Numbered from the stretch's first letter, positions 8,514-17,928 are shown. The stretch: DNA of 64,000 bases from Candidatus Pacearchaeota archaeon (GCA_009694725.1 SICV01000002.1:26966-90965), one strand, 5' to 3'. The notes: generated from the letters alone by a model not told the origin. Program-made: numbers and translations.

Positions 8514-10634
8514 TTACAAATCGCTAATAACTGTAAGGGCCAGGATAGTCAGAGTGAGGGTGGCGAGGAGCGTTGTACCTATGTAGAGAGCGAGACCGGT
8601 ACGGATGTTTTGTGCGCGTTCATATTTTTCTTTGAGTTGATCTTTTCCTGCGTCAACGGTGACAAGTGCGTTGGTGAGGATGAAAATAACTTGCAAGATA
8701 TAGATTCCAATCGCGAGTTGGATGAAATAAGGTGGAATCATTTCGCTTACTTTGAAAAGATCAGTTATGTTAAGGATACTGGAAAATCCTGACTCTTGCC
8801 CACTCGGAAGGGCATCTTTGAATGCTTCGAGTTTATTGAGAATTGCAGTGATCATGACGCTTAATCCCACTACAATTCCAGATAAGAGGGGCGCGAGGAA
8901 GGTCATATTGGAACGCATATCTGATACGACTTCTGCAAGAAGGTCGTGGAGACGTTGATTTATTTTTTCTACGTTTTTAATGTATTCAGATATTGACATC
9001 AGGGATTGGGCAGCCACCTGTAATCCCTTTTTTACTGATTCAACCAGGATACGCATGCTTGATGCAATGAGATTTGAAGGGAAGTAGGTGATTGCTCCTC
9101 GACGTTTATCAAAGAGGGCTTGTTCTAAGGACATGCCTGCTTGCTGGATATTGCTATTGACTAATGCAAAGAATTCATGTGTTTGTTGATTTTGTGTGAC
9201 TTCCGCTACTTTGGCGAATGCAATTTCTGCAGGGACATTATCGCCTAATCGATTACCGAGTTGGAAGAGGGAGGTTGTAAATTCTTGTTCTAATTGTTTT
9301 GTTTGGTCTCGGGCTTTAATGAGTTCTTTTGTTTTTGTCCGATAGACGAAATAGAGATAGAGGCCCAGTGCTGCAGGGAAACAGAGCCCCAGGAGGGTTG
9401 CAATCGGGCTAAAGGGCCCTACTTGTGCCCCGTTCACATTTTTGAAATCGAACAGTTTTTGATTTTCAAAGAAGGGAATATTTAATTCTTGGAATGTATA
9501 CTCTGCTTGAAGTCCGAATGTTTGTTGCACAAACGTGAGTTGCATGATGAAGGGGAGAAGCGTGGCACAGAGTCCAAGGAAGAGAATGGGTGAATAGGTA
9601 ATCCAGGGTTTATTTGAGGCGTATTGGGGATAGGCAGGGTTCTGTTCAAGAATGGTTGTTTCTCCATACCCTCCGGGGCGTTTGAGGAGTGCTTGATTGA
9701 CTAAATATACTACAACGAATGGAATGAGGAGGTTAAATCCGAGAAAGACATGATACCATTGTATGACGCCCCCCAACAATGTTGAAGCAAGGGGGAGCAT
9801 GGCCAATCCGAGGGTAGGGAGAATGATACCCAGCATGTAGACGTTTGTTAAGGGGGCACGCACTTCTCGACTATACTTGAGCATTTTTTCGTAGACGCCA
9901 TCAAGCATGACTTGGAGTGATTTTTCTAAAATCTGGATTCTGCGTGCTTCTGCTGGTTCGTACAGACTTGATTCAATTAAATGAAATGCTTCAATGAATT
10001 CGGGAGCATCTATTCGCCAGGAATCGAGATAGGTATCAAGTGATTGTTTGAGTGTGGAATATTTTCCGACTTCAACATCATAGATTACTTTTTGGAGTTC
10101 TTTTGCTAATGGTCCTGAGAGATTGTTTGCCGTGAAGGTGATTGCGCGTTCAAAATTTGACGTGTGTTTCATATAGATAACGGTGTAGAGTATTGCTGGA
10201 ACCATTTCTGCGCTTGCGGCTAATTTCCATTCGTGTGCAAGTCGGGCAGGGTAGGAAGAGAGGTAATAATAGAGGAAGATGCCTGCGATGATCCCGAGAG
10301 AGGCGAAGAGCACGGGGATGGCGGACGTTATGAAGAAGATCCCTGTGCTGATCAGGGTGGTGAGTAGAAATGTGCCGAGGAATCCGGTGAGGGCGAGACC
10401 GAGTGCTTGAGGTGGAGTGACATTGATGTGTGCTTCTTTGAGGGCTTGGGAGACTTTGAGTTCATCTTTCGGAGAGAGTTTGAAGGCAAGGATATTGCCC
10501 AAGGATTGGGCAAGACGTTCGTATTGCGTTAGTTCAGGAGTTACATCTTGTTTAAACTGTTTATATTCGTTTGATGTCTGACTCGTTTCGAGTCGAGCAA
10601 GGTATCGTTTGGCAAGGTCAGGAGGGGCACCCAT
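8514..10634 (-). CDS. polytopic membrane platform protein (FlaJ/PilC/TadC-like, putative)
   Basis: About 700 aa with many TM segments separated by two soluble helical blocks. Convergent with the ATPase and adjacent to the pilin genes. The start was moved from 10724 to the ATG at 10634, because the longer ORF would run through the divergent TATA and ATG of 10710..10856. Confidence 0.5.
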   Translation of the reverse strand: MGAPPDLAKRYLARLETSQTSNEYKQFKQDVTPELTQYERLAQSLGNILAFKLSPKDELKVSQALKEAHINVTPPQALGLALTGFLGTFLLTTLISTGIFFITSAIPVLFASLGIIAGIFLYYYLSSYPARLAHEWKLAASAEMVPAILYTVIYMKHTSNFERAITFTANNLSGPLAKELQKVIYDVEVGKYSTLKQSLDTYLDSWRIDAPEFIEAFHLIESSLYEPAEARRIQILEKSLQVMLDGVYEKMLKYSREVRAPLTNVYMLGIILPTLGLAMLPLASTLLGGVIQWYHVFLGFNLLIPFVVVYLVNQALLKRPGGYGETTILEQNPAYPQYASNKPWITYSPILFLGLCATLLPFIMQLTFVQQTFGLQAEYTFQELNIPFFENQKLFDFKNVNGAQVGPFSPIATLLGLCFPAALGLYLYFVYRTKTKELIKARDQTKQLEQEFTTSLFQLGNRLGDNVPAEIAFAKVAEVTQNQQTHEFFALVNSNIQQAGMSLEQALFDKRRGAITYFPSNLIASSMRILVESVKKGLQVAAQSLMSISEYIKNVEKINQRLHDLLAEVVSDMRSNMTFLAPLLSGIVVGLSVMITAILNKLEAFKDALPSGQESGFSSILNITDLFKVSEMIPPYFIQLAIGIYILQVIFILTNALVTVDAGKDQLKEKYERAQNIRTGLALYIGTTLLATLTLTILALTVISDL

Positions 10635-10709
10635 CTTTTCGTAGTATGCTCTTCCGTCGTTATAAACCTTCGGGGGAATGTATTTAAGGAAGGGGAGAAT
10701 GGAAGCATT

Positions 10710-10856
10710 ATGAAAAAAGCACAAACGCAGTCTGTGATTATTGGAGTTGTTATTGCCTTACTGGTATTAGCGTTATTTTTTGGACTTTACTTAACGCTTA
10801 GTGGTAAATTAGGGGGCGTTGTTGATACACTTCGAGGGTTTGTTCGAAAACCATGA
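10710..10856 (+). CDS. minimal pilin-like protein (class III signal peptide)
   Basis: 48 aa, below the ORF-track cutoff. MKKA|QTQSVIIGVVIALLVLALFFGLYL. TATA TATTTAAGG lies 22 nt upstream. ATGA overlap with the next gene. Confidence 0.55.
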   Translation: MKKAQTQSVIIGVVIALLVLALFFGLYLTLSGKLGGVVDTLRGFVRKP

Positions 10857-11623
10857 GGGGAGCATTACCACAAGATGAGCTGGGCAAATGGACAATTGGT
10901 TTGGTCTTGCTTTGCCTTGTCGCCGTTGCGTTAGTAACGCAATACAATTCAGGCGTTTTTTCTTTTTTTCAACAGATTCCCACTAATTTAACCAGTTATG
11001 ATACGGGGGATGGATATGCATATGTGCGCTATAACCCGGCCACTTTGCAAGTTGAATATCGTCAGACAGACACATGGGTTCGGTTTGGAGATGAAAGCAG
11101 ATCGTTTACGTTGGGGAAGGTAGATGTTGTGCCGGGGGAAGTGAAAGAAACGTTTCGACGGTATTGGTTTGGAGGGGTGCGAGGGAGTAATACTTTCTAT
11201 TTCTTGCAAGGAGAATTATCTTTAGTAAATGCCCCGGCCTATGTTTCTAGTGAAGTTTCTGACGTTTCTTTGTTTCCTTGGCCTAAACAGGTATATGTTT
11301 GTGCTACTCCGTGTATTAAACGAGGGGATTTAACTGGCGCTTATTTACTTCCAGGAGGGATTTCACCAGGAGTTTTCATTCTTCGGTCAAATAATGCGAT
11401 TGAATTTGTACGGAATACAGGAAGTACCTTTACGTTGCTGCAGAAAGAGTTGGAAGAAGCAAAGAAAGTGATGCTTGCGTATCGCGATGGCTATTTGGAT
11501 ATTCCTTTGAGTTATGGCGGAAAGGCATATTGTATACAGTATCGAGTTTCGGGGAAGGAAGGACATCTGGTTATTGATGTCGCACGACCTGTGGAGGATA
11601 CGACCGTATGCGCCGGGCAGTAG
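10853..11623 (+). CDS. pilin-like protein (N-terminal MRG|A + hydrophobic helix)
   Basis: MRGALPQDELGKWTIGLVLLCLVAVALV. 256 aa. Confidence 0.55.
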   Translation: MRGALPQDELGKWTIGLVLLCLVAVALVTQYNSGVFSFFQQIPTNLTSYDTGDGYAYVRYNPATLQVEYRQTDTWVRFGDESRSFTLGKVDVVPGEVKETFRRYWFGGVRGSNTFYFLQGELSLVNAPAYVSSEVSDVSLFPWPKQVYVCATPCIKRGDLTGAYLLPGGISPGVFILRSNNAIEFVRNTGSTFTLLQKELEEAKKVMLAYRDGYLDIPLSYGGKAYCIQYRVSGKEGHLVIDVARPVEDTTVCAGQ

Positions 11624-11715
11624 GGGGGGAGTCGATTGTTGGGGTGGGGATGTGGATCTTGTTTGCACTTATTGGTTTTTTTGCTGTGCGGTACTTACTC
11701 AAGGTTCTGACGTAA
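11608..11715 (+). CDS. possible 35-aa membrane peptide
   Basis: MRRAVGGESIVGVGMWILFALIGFFAVRYLLKVLT. Overlaps the upstream gene by 16 nt. Found by eye, not in the ORF track. Confidence 0.3.
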   Translation: MRRAVGGESIVGVGMWILFALIGFFAVRYLLKVLT

Positions 11716-11746
11716 TTGTTATAAAGTGCTTTCTGCTTGCTTGGAG

Positions 11747-12778
11747 ATGAAACGAGGGGATTTAGCTGCTGGTCAGATTGTGTTAGTGGTTTTGGCGATT
11801 GCTGCGTTTCTTGTGTTGGGATTATTTTTATGGTCATTACAAAGTGCTGCGGATGGGGGAGCACAAGCATGTAAATTATCGGTGTTGACTCGTGCGTCTG
11901 TTGGGGCGACAGGAGGGCAAAGCGTTCCTTTGAGTTGTGCAACTGAAAAGATTTGTATGGGGGAGAGAGGGGCAACCTGTGCTGAAAGTATGGCGGGAGA
12001 GGATATGACTTTGGTGAAATTGCCGAAGGATGCGAAGGATGCAACTACGTTAATTGAAGCAACTACTGCTGAAGCGATGTATCGCTGTTGGGATATGATG
12101 GGTAAAGGGCAATTGGATATTTCTACCGGCTATTTGGAATCACGCGGATTTAAGGAAGGCGATCCGATGTGTGTTATCTGTTCTCGTATCGCGGTTGATC
12201 GTAACGTTTCAGAGGGGGTGCTCAAGAAATTGGACTTTAGTGAATACATGCGTACAATGAAGGTGCCTGGGACTGGTTTAACCTATTTACAAGCATTTAG
12301 TGATAAGGATGTATCTGCGTATCCGGCTACTCCTTTTTTACGCGTTCCTCCTGCTGAAGGAGTCAGTAGATTTGATGCCCGTGGACAACAGATTGCGATT
12401 GTGTTTATGCAGGTTAAGACGACTTCCTGGGGAGATGCGACACAAAATACGCTCAGTGATCTTTTTGTAGGAACGACTGCTGCCGCAGGAGGTGCTTTTT
12501 ATGTTGCTCCGGTGAGCGCCGGTTTGAATGCGGGGCGTTTAATACAAGTTATTGGTAAAAATTTGAAAGTTTTCTCTATCGGTGTAGTGGTGGTTGGAAT
12601 AGGGGTTGCGGCTACTCAATATTTTGTTACCGGAGCGAGCCAAGATCTTGCTGCTGGACACTGTGGCCTCTATGCTGGTTCAAAGAATACGCAGGGATGT
12701 TCGGTGGTGCAGGCTGTGCCGTATGATGCGAAGGCAATTAATGCGTTGTGTAAAGGTAATATTGAAGGGGTCGCGTAA
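11747..12778 (+). CDS. Cys-rich pilin-like protein
   Basis: MKRG|DLAAGQIVLVVLAIAAFLVLGLF. The extracellular part has many Cys. A second hydrophobic segment lies near the C-terminus. Confidence 0.6.
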   Translation: MKRGDLAAGQIVLVVLAIAAFLVLGLFLWSLQSAADGGAQACKLSVLTRASVGATGGQSVPLSCATEKICMGERGATCAESMAGEDMTLVKLPKDAKDATTLIEATTAEAMYRCWDMMGKGQLDISTGYLESRGFKEGDPMCVICSRIAVDRNVSEGVLKKLDFSEYMRTMKVPGTGLTYLQAFSDKDVSAYPATPFLRVPPAEGVSRFDARGQQIAIVFMQVKTTSWGDATQNTLSDLFVGTTAAAGGAFYVAPVSAGLNAGRLIQVIGKNLKVFSIGVVVVGIGVAATQYFVTGASQDLAAGHCGLYAGSKNTQGCSVVQAVPYDAKAINALCKGNIEGVA

Positions 12779-13359
12779 TGAGAAAGGGCGATTTACTTAC
12801 CGATAATTTCTTGGAGATTTTGTTGGCAGTGATTGGATTAGTATTAGTAGGATATGTTGCGTATCAGATTTATCAGGTGACGGTGAATCAGGATGTGACC
12901 ATTGCGAAAAAGATGCTTGATTCTTTGGAGGCGAAGATTAATGTGCTGAAAGTGGGAGAAGAAGGGGAGTTCAGTCTTCGTACACCTTATTCTTCGAAAG
13001 AGGCATCTAATTGGTTTATCACTGGCTGGTCAAATACCGATTTACATCGACCTGAAAAGTGTTATTTTGAGAGTTGTGTGTGTGCATGTAGAGGTATTGG
13101 TAATGGGGGCGGATGGGAAGATAATCTACGAACGCGTACTTGTCAAGAATCAGGCTATTGTCGTTTTTTTGATGATTCTTTGATAGTAGTTAAAGGGATT
13201 GACGAAGTATCAATAATTGGAAATGTAGGGACAGACCCTATTCCTACATTACAAAAGACAGGTCAAACTAAAGAAGAACCGTATATTCGTTTACAGCAAG
13301 GGCTTATGCTTTTCAAGGTGAGTAAGACTACTGAGGGAGTGACTATTCGGTCAACATGA
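12778..13359 (+). CDS. pilin-like protein
   Basis: MRKG|DLLTDNFLEILLAVIGLVLVGYV. TAATG-type overlap with the upstream gene. Confidence 0.6.
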   Translation: MRKGDLLTDNFLEILLAVIGLVLVGYVAYQIYQVTVNQDVTIAKKMLDSLEAKINVLKVGEEGEFSLRTPYSSKEASNWFITGWSNTDLHRPEKCYFESCVCACRGIGNGGGWEDNLRTRTCQESGYCRFFDDSLIVVKGIDEVSIIGNVGTDPIPTLQKTGQTKEEPYIRLQQGLMLFKVSKTTEGVTIRST

Positions 13360-13766
13360 GCATGAAACGAGGAGAGGGAAATGGCTTGTTAGAAGGGACG
13401 GTGATTTATTGGGTGATATTATTGATGTTTGCCGGTATTTTGGGGTCCTTTGTGTTGCGGCATCAGGGCACGACCGATCGATGGGAAGACTATTATGCGT
13501 TTGTGATTGCACAGACGATTGATAAAGCTCAACCAGGGGATGTGATTGTGCTTGATGTGAGTGCGCCGGTACAGATCGGTGCACGAAATAAAGTTGCCAC
13601 GGTTGATGAGATGTTTGTGTTACAAGAGGGGAGACAGGAAGTGGGAGTACGTTTGCGTGCGGGAAAAGCGCATTGGTACTCATATCTTCGTGATGTGTCT
13701 GTGAGTAATTGGCATGTTGATCGAGCAGGTGAGAAAGTAACGTTAGTGTTTGAGGTCGGAGCATGA
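13356..13766 (+). CDS. pilin-like protein
   Basis: MSMKRG|EGNGLLEGTVIYWVILLMFAGIL. 4-nt overlap with the upstream gene. Confidence 0.6.
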   Translation: MSMKRGEGNGLLEGTVIYWVILLMFAGILGSFVLRHQGTTDRWEDYYAFVIAQTIDKAQPGDVIVLDVSAPVQIGARNKVATVDEMFVLQEGRQEVGVRLRAGKAHWYSYLRDVSVSNWHVDRAGEKVTLVFEVGA

Positions 13767-14191
13767 GCGCAGGGAATCAACTTTCCTTTTTTTCATTCTT
13801 TTTGTTGTTATTGATTGTAGGGGGGGGAATTGTAGGGGGGGTGTATCTCTATTATGGCGGGGGAGCAGATTATCGTGTTACTCAGAGTGGGGCATTTGCG
13901 TATATGCTTGAACGATGTGTACAACAGGGCCTTTTTGATGGGACGTTTGGTTCGTGTGGTATCGATGAGCAGGTGGTGACGCGAGAAAAGTATATTGTTG
14001 CGGTGTGTGCCGATGATTGTTTTGGAAATGGGGGAACGACCTTATTACGCGCAGGAGATCATGTTGAGCAATGTCGATTTGGGGTGAAACAATCTGCAAC
14101 GTATCCGAAGTGTGCTGAACGTGTGTTTACTGTTGATGGAAAGAATTATCAGATTGTGGTGGGAACTACGTATCGCGGGAGAAATGCATAA
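13763..14191 (+). CDS. pilin-like protein
   Basis: MSAG|NQLSFFSFFLLLLIVGGGIVGGVY. 4-nt overlap with the upstream gene. Confidence 0.5.
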   Translation: MSAGNQLSFFSFFLLLLIVGGGIVGGVYLYYGGGADYRVTQSGAFAYMLERCVQQGLFDGTFGSCGIDEQVVTREKYIVAVCADDCFGNGGTTLLRAGDHVEQCRFGVKQSATYPKCAERVFTVDGKNYQIVVGTTYRGRNA

Positions 14192-14805
14192 TGCGTGGGC
14201 AACTAGCTAAATTGTTGGGGACTATTCCTATTTTGCTTGCAGTTGTGTTTCTCATGGGCTTGTTTCTTGTAGGGGCGAAATTACTTGCTGTGCACACTTC
14301 ACCCCCTTCTGCTTCGTTATATGTGGTACCTGAAGGTTCTTTGTTAAGTGAACACATTGTGTTTGGAGGAAGGAATAGGAGTGTGCTTGAAGTATTGTTC
14401 TTATCTTATTTTGACAAACCTTCTGAACTGGCATTTATGCAGGGTGTACGTGGACTTGCGACCGCTTCGCTCCCGAGCACGATTTACTATGATCCGTTGG
14501 CTTTGACGACATCGTTTAGTTCATCCTGTGTGTTTTTTACGATTGATGAAGTGAGTAAGGGACGGGACGGGATTCGCTATCTCTTTCGACGAACTGCGTC
14601 GGGGAATGTAGCTGAAAGTATTACGTATGCTGCGTTAGAACCTTATTCTTCTGCCGGTGCGGTGCCGTTACCTCCTTGGCAACGTTTCCGAGATGATTCT
14701 AATAACAATATTCGTCCCGCTGAACCAGTTGTGCGTGTCTTTTTGACGCGTGAAGGACAAGAATTTGAGTTGATCGCATATGCGGGGAAATGTGACCGTG
14801 CGTAG
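14191..14805 (+). CDS. pilin-like protein
   Basis: MRG|QLAKLLGTIPILLAVVFLMGLFLVG. 1-nt overlap with the upstream gene. Confidence 0.6.
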   Translation: MRGQLAKLLGTIPILLAVVFLMGLFLVGAKLLAVHTSPPSASLYVVPEGSLLSEHIVFGGRNRSVLEVLFLSYFDKPSELAFMQGVRGLATASLPSTIYYDPLALTTSFSSSCVFFTIDEVSKGRDGIRYLFRRTASGNVAESITYAALEPYSSAGAVPLPPWQRFRDDSNNNIRPAEPVVRVFLTREGQEFELIAYAGKCDRA

Positions 14806-15259
14806 AGGAGATTCACCCACCATTGGGGTGTTGCTTGTTGCGGTTTTATTGATTATTCTTGCAGGGATGGGGATGACCCGTTCTCCACAGGTGGTAAGTA
14901 ACGTTGTGATTGATGATGTGCAGTATTCTGTTGATGTATTGGAACTATTCGTACAAGAACGATTGGAACAGCTTGCTCAGGATGCATTGGTATGTACAAC
15001 TTGCACGGGGGTCGATTTGAAAGAACGTATGATCGAATTACGTCGAGAGTTGCATCTGACGAATACTAATTTTTATGGGAAGGTTCGTTCGGGTGATTTT
15101 ACTGTTGCCGTGGATGAAGAAGGATTTTTTGTTGTTCGATTTGAGGGCCTGTGGGTTACGGCACACAAAGGGGAAACCAAAGTTACTCGTACCTTTAATG
15201 GGGAGCTTGTTCTTGATGAGAATGGGCAGCTAGTGCGGAAGATTTATAAACAAAAATGA
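14780..15259 (+). CDS. pilin-like protein
   Basis: VRRG|DSPTIGVLLVAVLLIILAGMG. The true start may be GTG at 14798 rather than ATG at 14780. Confidence 0.55.
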   Translation: MRGNVTVRRGDSPTIGVLLVAVLLIILAGMGMTRSPQVVSNVVIDDVQYSVDVLELFVQERLEQLAQDALVCTTCTGVDLKERMIELRRELHLTNTNFYGKVRSGDFTVAVDEEGFFVVRFEGLWVTAHKGETKVTRTFNGELVLDENGQLVRKIYKQK

Positions 15260-15271
15260 TTGGGGGAGAGT

Positions 15272-15763
15272 ATGAAACGAGGAGGTTTGGCTGATGAGAG
15301 TGGGGGCTCTATGATTTTAACGCTTGTGCTTATTGTTGTTGTTATTGGTGGGATTTACATTGCGTATAATGCTTATCGAGGATTGGATACAGCGAATATT
15401 CCTCTTACCACTATTGTTACTACGTGTAATGCAGTTGCAGGTGTTGAACAAGGTAAGGCTGAATATTGTACCCTTGTTTCTAAAAAATATACAGAAATTG
15501 ATGGTCGTTCACGGTATGTTGATTGTGAGTTTCTGGCTAGTAAGAATCTTTTAGATTCTCCTACTCCTGTGTTCGGTGCTTGTCCAACTGTTGCTAGTGG
15601 TGAACGAGAAAAGTCATTTTGTAATGCTCTTCTTGCTCAGCGGAAGATTGCACGAGATACGTTTGTGAATAATAAAGCCTGCTTTATAGATGCAGATGCT
15701 ACTAATAATTGGTTGGGTGAAAGCTATCAAACTGCTACTGCTCGTGCCTCTCAAAAACCATAA
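15272..15763 (+). CDS. pilin-like protein
   Basis: MKRG|GLADESGGSMILTLVLIVVVIGGIY. ATG at 15272 is preceded by GGGGGAGAG. Confidence 0.6.
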   Translation: MKRGGLADESGGSMILTLVLIVVVIGGIYIAYNAYRGLDTANIPLTTIVTTCNAVAGVEQGKAEYCTLVSKKYTEIDGRSRYVDCEFLASKNLLDSPTPVFGACPTVASGEREKSFCNALLAQRKIARDTFVNNKACFIDADATNNWLGESYQTATARASQKP

Positions 15764-15771
15764 TTATTCTC

Positions 15772-15900
15772 ATGGATTACGCAGTACCTGATCGACGAAA
15801 GACCAAGAATGATAAACGTGCGAAGGGGAAGTTCACCCGATATAAGCGGGGTGGGCAACATCGAGTTGATGTAATTGTGGTTCGTTCTGAGAAGAAATGA
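15772..15900 (+). CDS. possible 42-aa basic protein
   Basis: MDYAVPDRRKTKNDKRAKGKFTRYKRGGQHRVDVIVVRSEKK. Last ORF of the operon, followed by a T-run. Confidence 0.3.
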   Translation: MDYAVPDRRKTKNDKRAKGKFTRYKRGGQHRVDVIVVRSEKK

Positions 15901-15913
15901 TTTATTTTTTTTA

Positions 15914-15939
15914 GCGCTTTTGGTGAGAGATTTAGGAAG
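15914..15939 (+). repeat. intergenic motif, 3' half only (GCGCTTTTGGTGAGAGATTTAGGAAG)
   Basis: Directly follows a T10 tract after the pilin operon. Confidence 0.45.
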
Positions 15940-16096
15940 TTGTACATAGAAAGGCAGGTTGTTTGTGGGGCTAGTCTATTATCCGATATACGTACTTGTT
16001 CTGCATTCAGATGATACCGACTTTCTGAATAATTGGCTCACCCTGGATATGAGATACTTCCGCGTATTTTATTAACTCCTTTTTAGTATACTGAGT

Positions 16097-16921
16097 ATGT
16101 TCGAAGTGGTGTTTGGATTTGTGTTGGTATTGTTGGGGTTTGCTGCGATACATGATTGGAAGACGACGTTTGTGAGTGATTGGGTGGTGTATGCATTGTT
16201 TTGTGTTGGTCTTGTCGGACTGGTGGTGCAGGGGCATGTATTGGAAGGTTTGAGTGTGACTGCGGGGCTTGCGGTACTTGCTCTTCTGTTTTATTACGGC
16301 GGGGTGTTCGCTCAAGGGGATGCGCGTTTATTGGTTGCCTTGGGACCTGTCTTGCCTGGGCTTGACCTTCTTTCTCGTGGGTGGTATGCGAGCGGATTTG
16401 TATTGACACTTCTTTTTGTTGGACTGGTATATACGTTGGCTATCAGTGGGTGGCATGCCTGGAAGAGTGCGACGTATGGGAAAGCATGTGAAGGTTTCTT
16501 TGAACAGTATGTGGTTGTTTTCTGGATATTTGTCTTTGGGGGATTGGTGAGTTCGTTTTTCCTTTCAAGTATGGCCTGGGGACTGATGTGGAGTGGGGCG
16601 TGGGTGTTATTTGGTTTATTTCTTCATGCAAAAGCGGTGGAAGAAACATGTTTCATTAGACTTACTCGTCCTGATGCATTATTGGAAGGGGATTGGCTTG
16701 TTTCCTCGGTGAAGGTGGGCTCACACACGTTCTCGCCTTCTGCTGCGGGATTGTCTCGGGCAGATATTGCATTGTTACGTCGGTATCGACGGTCTGTGGT
16801 CATTAAACAGGGGATTCCGTTTGTGCCTGTCTTTTTTATTGCGTATGGACTTATGGGATACGTCGTTTTAGGAGGATATGCTGCAGATGTGTTGAGGTTG
16901 GTGCGAGGAGTACTTTCTTAG
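16097..16921 (+). CDS. A24-family prepilin/preflagellin peptidase (PibD/FlaK-like)
   Basis: First catalytic Asp context AAIHDWKT. Second context VFAQGDARLLVALG, which resembles the GxGDxKL motif. Polytopic. TATA TTTTATTAA lies 25 nt upstream. Confidence 0.7.
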   Translation: MFEVVFGFVLVLLGFAAIHDWKTTFVSDWVVYALFCVGLVGLVVQGHVLEGLSVTAGLAVLALLFYYGGVFAQGDARLLVALGPVLPGLDLLSRGWYASGFVLTLLFVGLVYTLAISGWHAWKSATYGKACEGFFEQYVVVFWIFVFGGLVSSFFLSSMAWGLMWSGAWVLFGLFLHAKAVEETCFIRLTRPDALLEGDWLVSSVKVGSHTFSPSAAGLSRADIALLRRYRRSVVIKQGIPFVPVFFIAYGLMGYVVLGGYAADVLRLVRGVLS

Positions 16922-17483
16922 TGCGTTTTCGGGGGGAAAACGCTATTTTTGTTTGTATGTGTTTGAGTTCTTGTTCTGTTGCTTTAGTCCTTTGGGAAAG
17001 GAGAGTCTTTTTTTCTTTGTAACTGGGGATGATGTGGATGACTGCTTCTCCAAAGAGTTCTTGTGTTGCTAGTTCGATGCTCGAAGCTTTGAGATTTTTG
17101 GTGATGGTGAGGCCTATTTGTTTTGCTCGCTTAAAGAGTGCCGTGGGCATTTTGGTTGCTTTGGTGATTGCTGTGCGTGGAATGAGGAGGGTGTGCCCGG
17201 GAGATACGGGATTGATATCTAACACGGCAACTCCTTCAGGTAAGTCGGCTATCACTTGTGAAGGTATTTTTCCCGTTACAATCTTTCTAAAGATGGAACC
17301 TTGTCCTTCTTCGGCGGTTGTTTCTCGTTCTTCGCTTTGTTTGACGAGTTCTTCTAATGCTTCAGGTGAGAGTGCTTCAATTTGCTTATAGGCTTGGGCT
17401 TTCTTCTCATCAGGTAATTGGGCAACTTGTTCGCGGAGTTGGGAGCGTATTTCGTCTTGTTGTTCGGGTGTAAGGGGCATCAT
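16851..17483 (-). CDS. HIT-like protein with N-terminal helical extension and degenerate His triad
   Basis: IFRKIVTGKIPSQVIADLPEGVAVLDINPVSPGHTLLIPR is HIT-like. The HxHxH position reads AVIHIIPSY. The 3' end overlaps the peptidase gene by 71 nt. Confidence 0.55.
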   Translation of the reverse strand: MMPLTPEQQDEIRSQLREQVAQLPDEKKAQAYKQIEALSPEALEELVKQSEERETTAEEGQGSIFRKIVTGKIPSQVIADLPEGVAVLDINPVSPGHTLLIPRTAITKATKMPTALFKRAKQIGLTITKNLKASSIELATQELFGEAVIHIIPSYKEKKTLLSQRTKATEQELKHIQTKIAFSPRKRTKKVLLAPTSTHLQHILLKRRIP

Positions 17484-17510
17484 CTAGAAAGGGGAAGGGG
17501 GTTTATAGGA

Positions 17511-17846
17511 TTATTCGTTTAGAAACCAACTTACTATTGTGACAATTCCACTTATTCCAAGCACTACTAGGGCTAGTGGGAAAGTGATCTCAATTATTGC
17601 TAATGCTTTGTCCCCTGCTACACTCCTCGCTATTCCTAATCCTAGTAATAACAGAATTGTTCCACTCATTAATCCCCATTCGCCCCAACTGTTTACTTTA
17701 TTACTTTTTCCTAACTTCAAATTTAGAAGAACTACGACTAGGAGTGGAATAATTGTCCACGCTAACATTGTTCTTGGAAATGTTTGAGAAATAAATCCAA
17801 TTATTGCAAGGATACAAGAGATTATTAGAAGAATGTACTGCCTCAT
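17511..17846 (-). CDS. 4-TM membrane protein (hypothetical)
   Basis: 111 aa in an AT-rich segment. TATA AAATATATAAAG lies 25 nt upstream. Confidence 0.55.
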   Translation of the reverse strand: MRQYILLIISCILAIIGFISQTFPRTMLAWTIIPLLVVVLLNLKLGKSNKVNSWGEWGLMSGTILLLLGLGIARSVAGDKALAIIEITFPLALVVLGISGIVTIVSWFLNE

Positions 17847-17928
17847 ACCTTAGTTATTCTTTGGTTCTTTATATATTTATCCGAATGCACTTATTGCCTT
17901 TGTGCTCGTTGATGACTAAGAATTATTC

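Noticed and set aside
10635-10724. Longer start (10724) for the platform protein given by the ORF track
   Set aside because: The extension (MCFFHNASILPF...) runs through the TATA box and start codon of the divergent pilin-like gene at 10710 and has no promoter of its own. The ATG at 10634 is preferred, though this is not proven.
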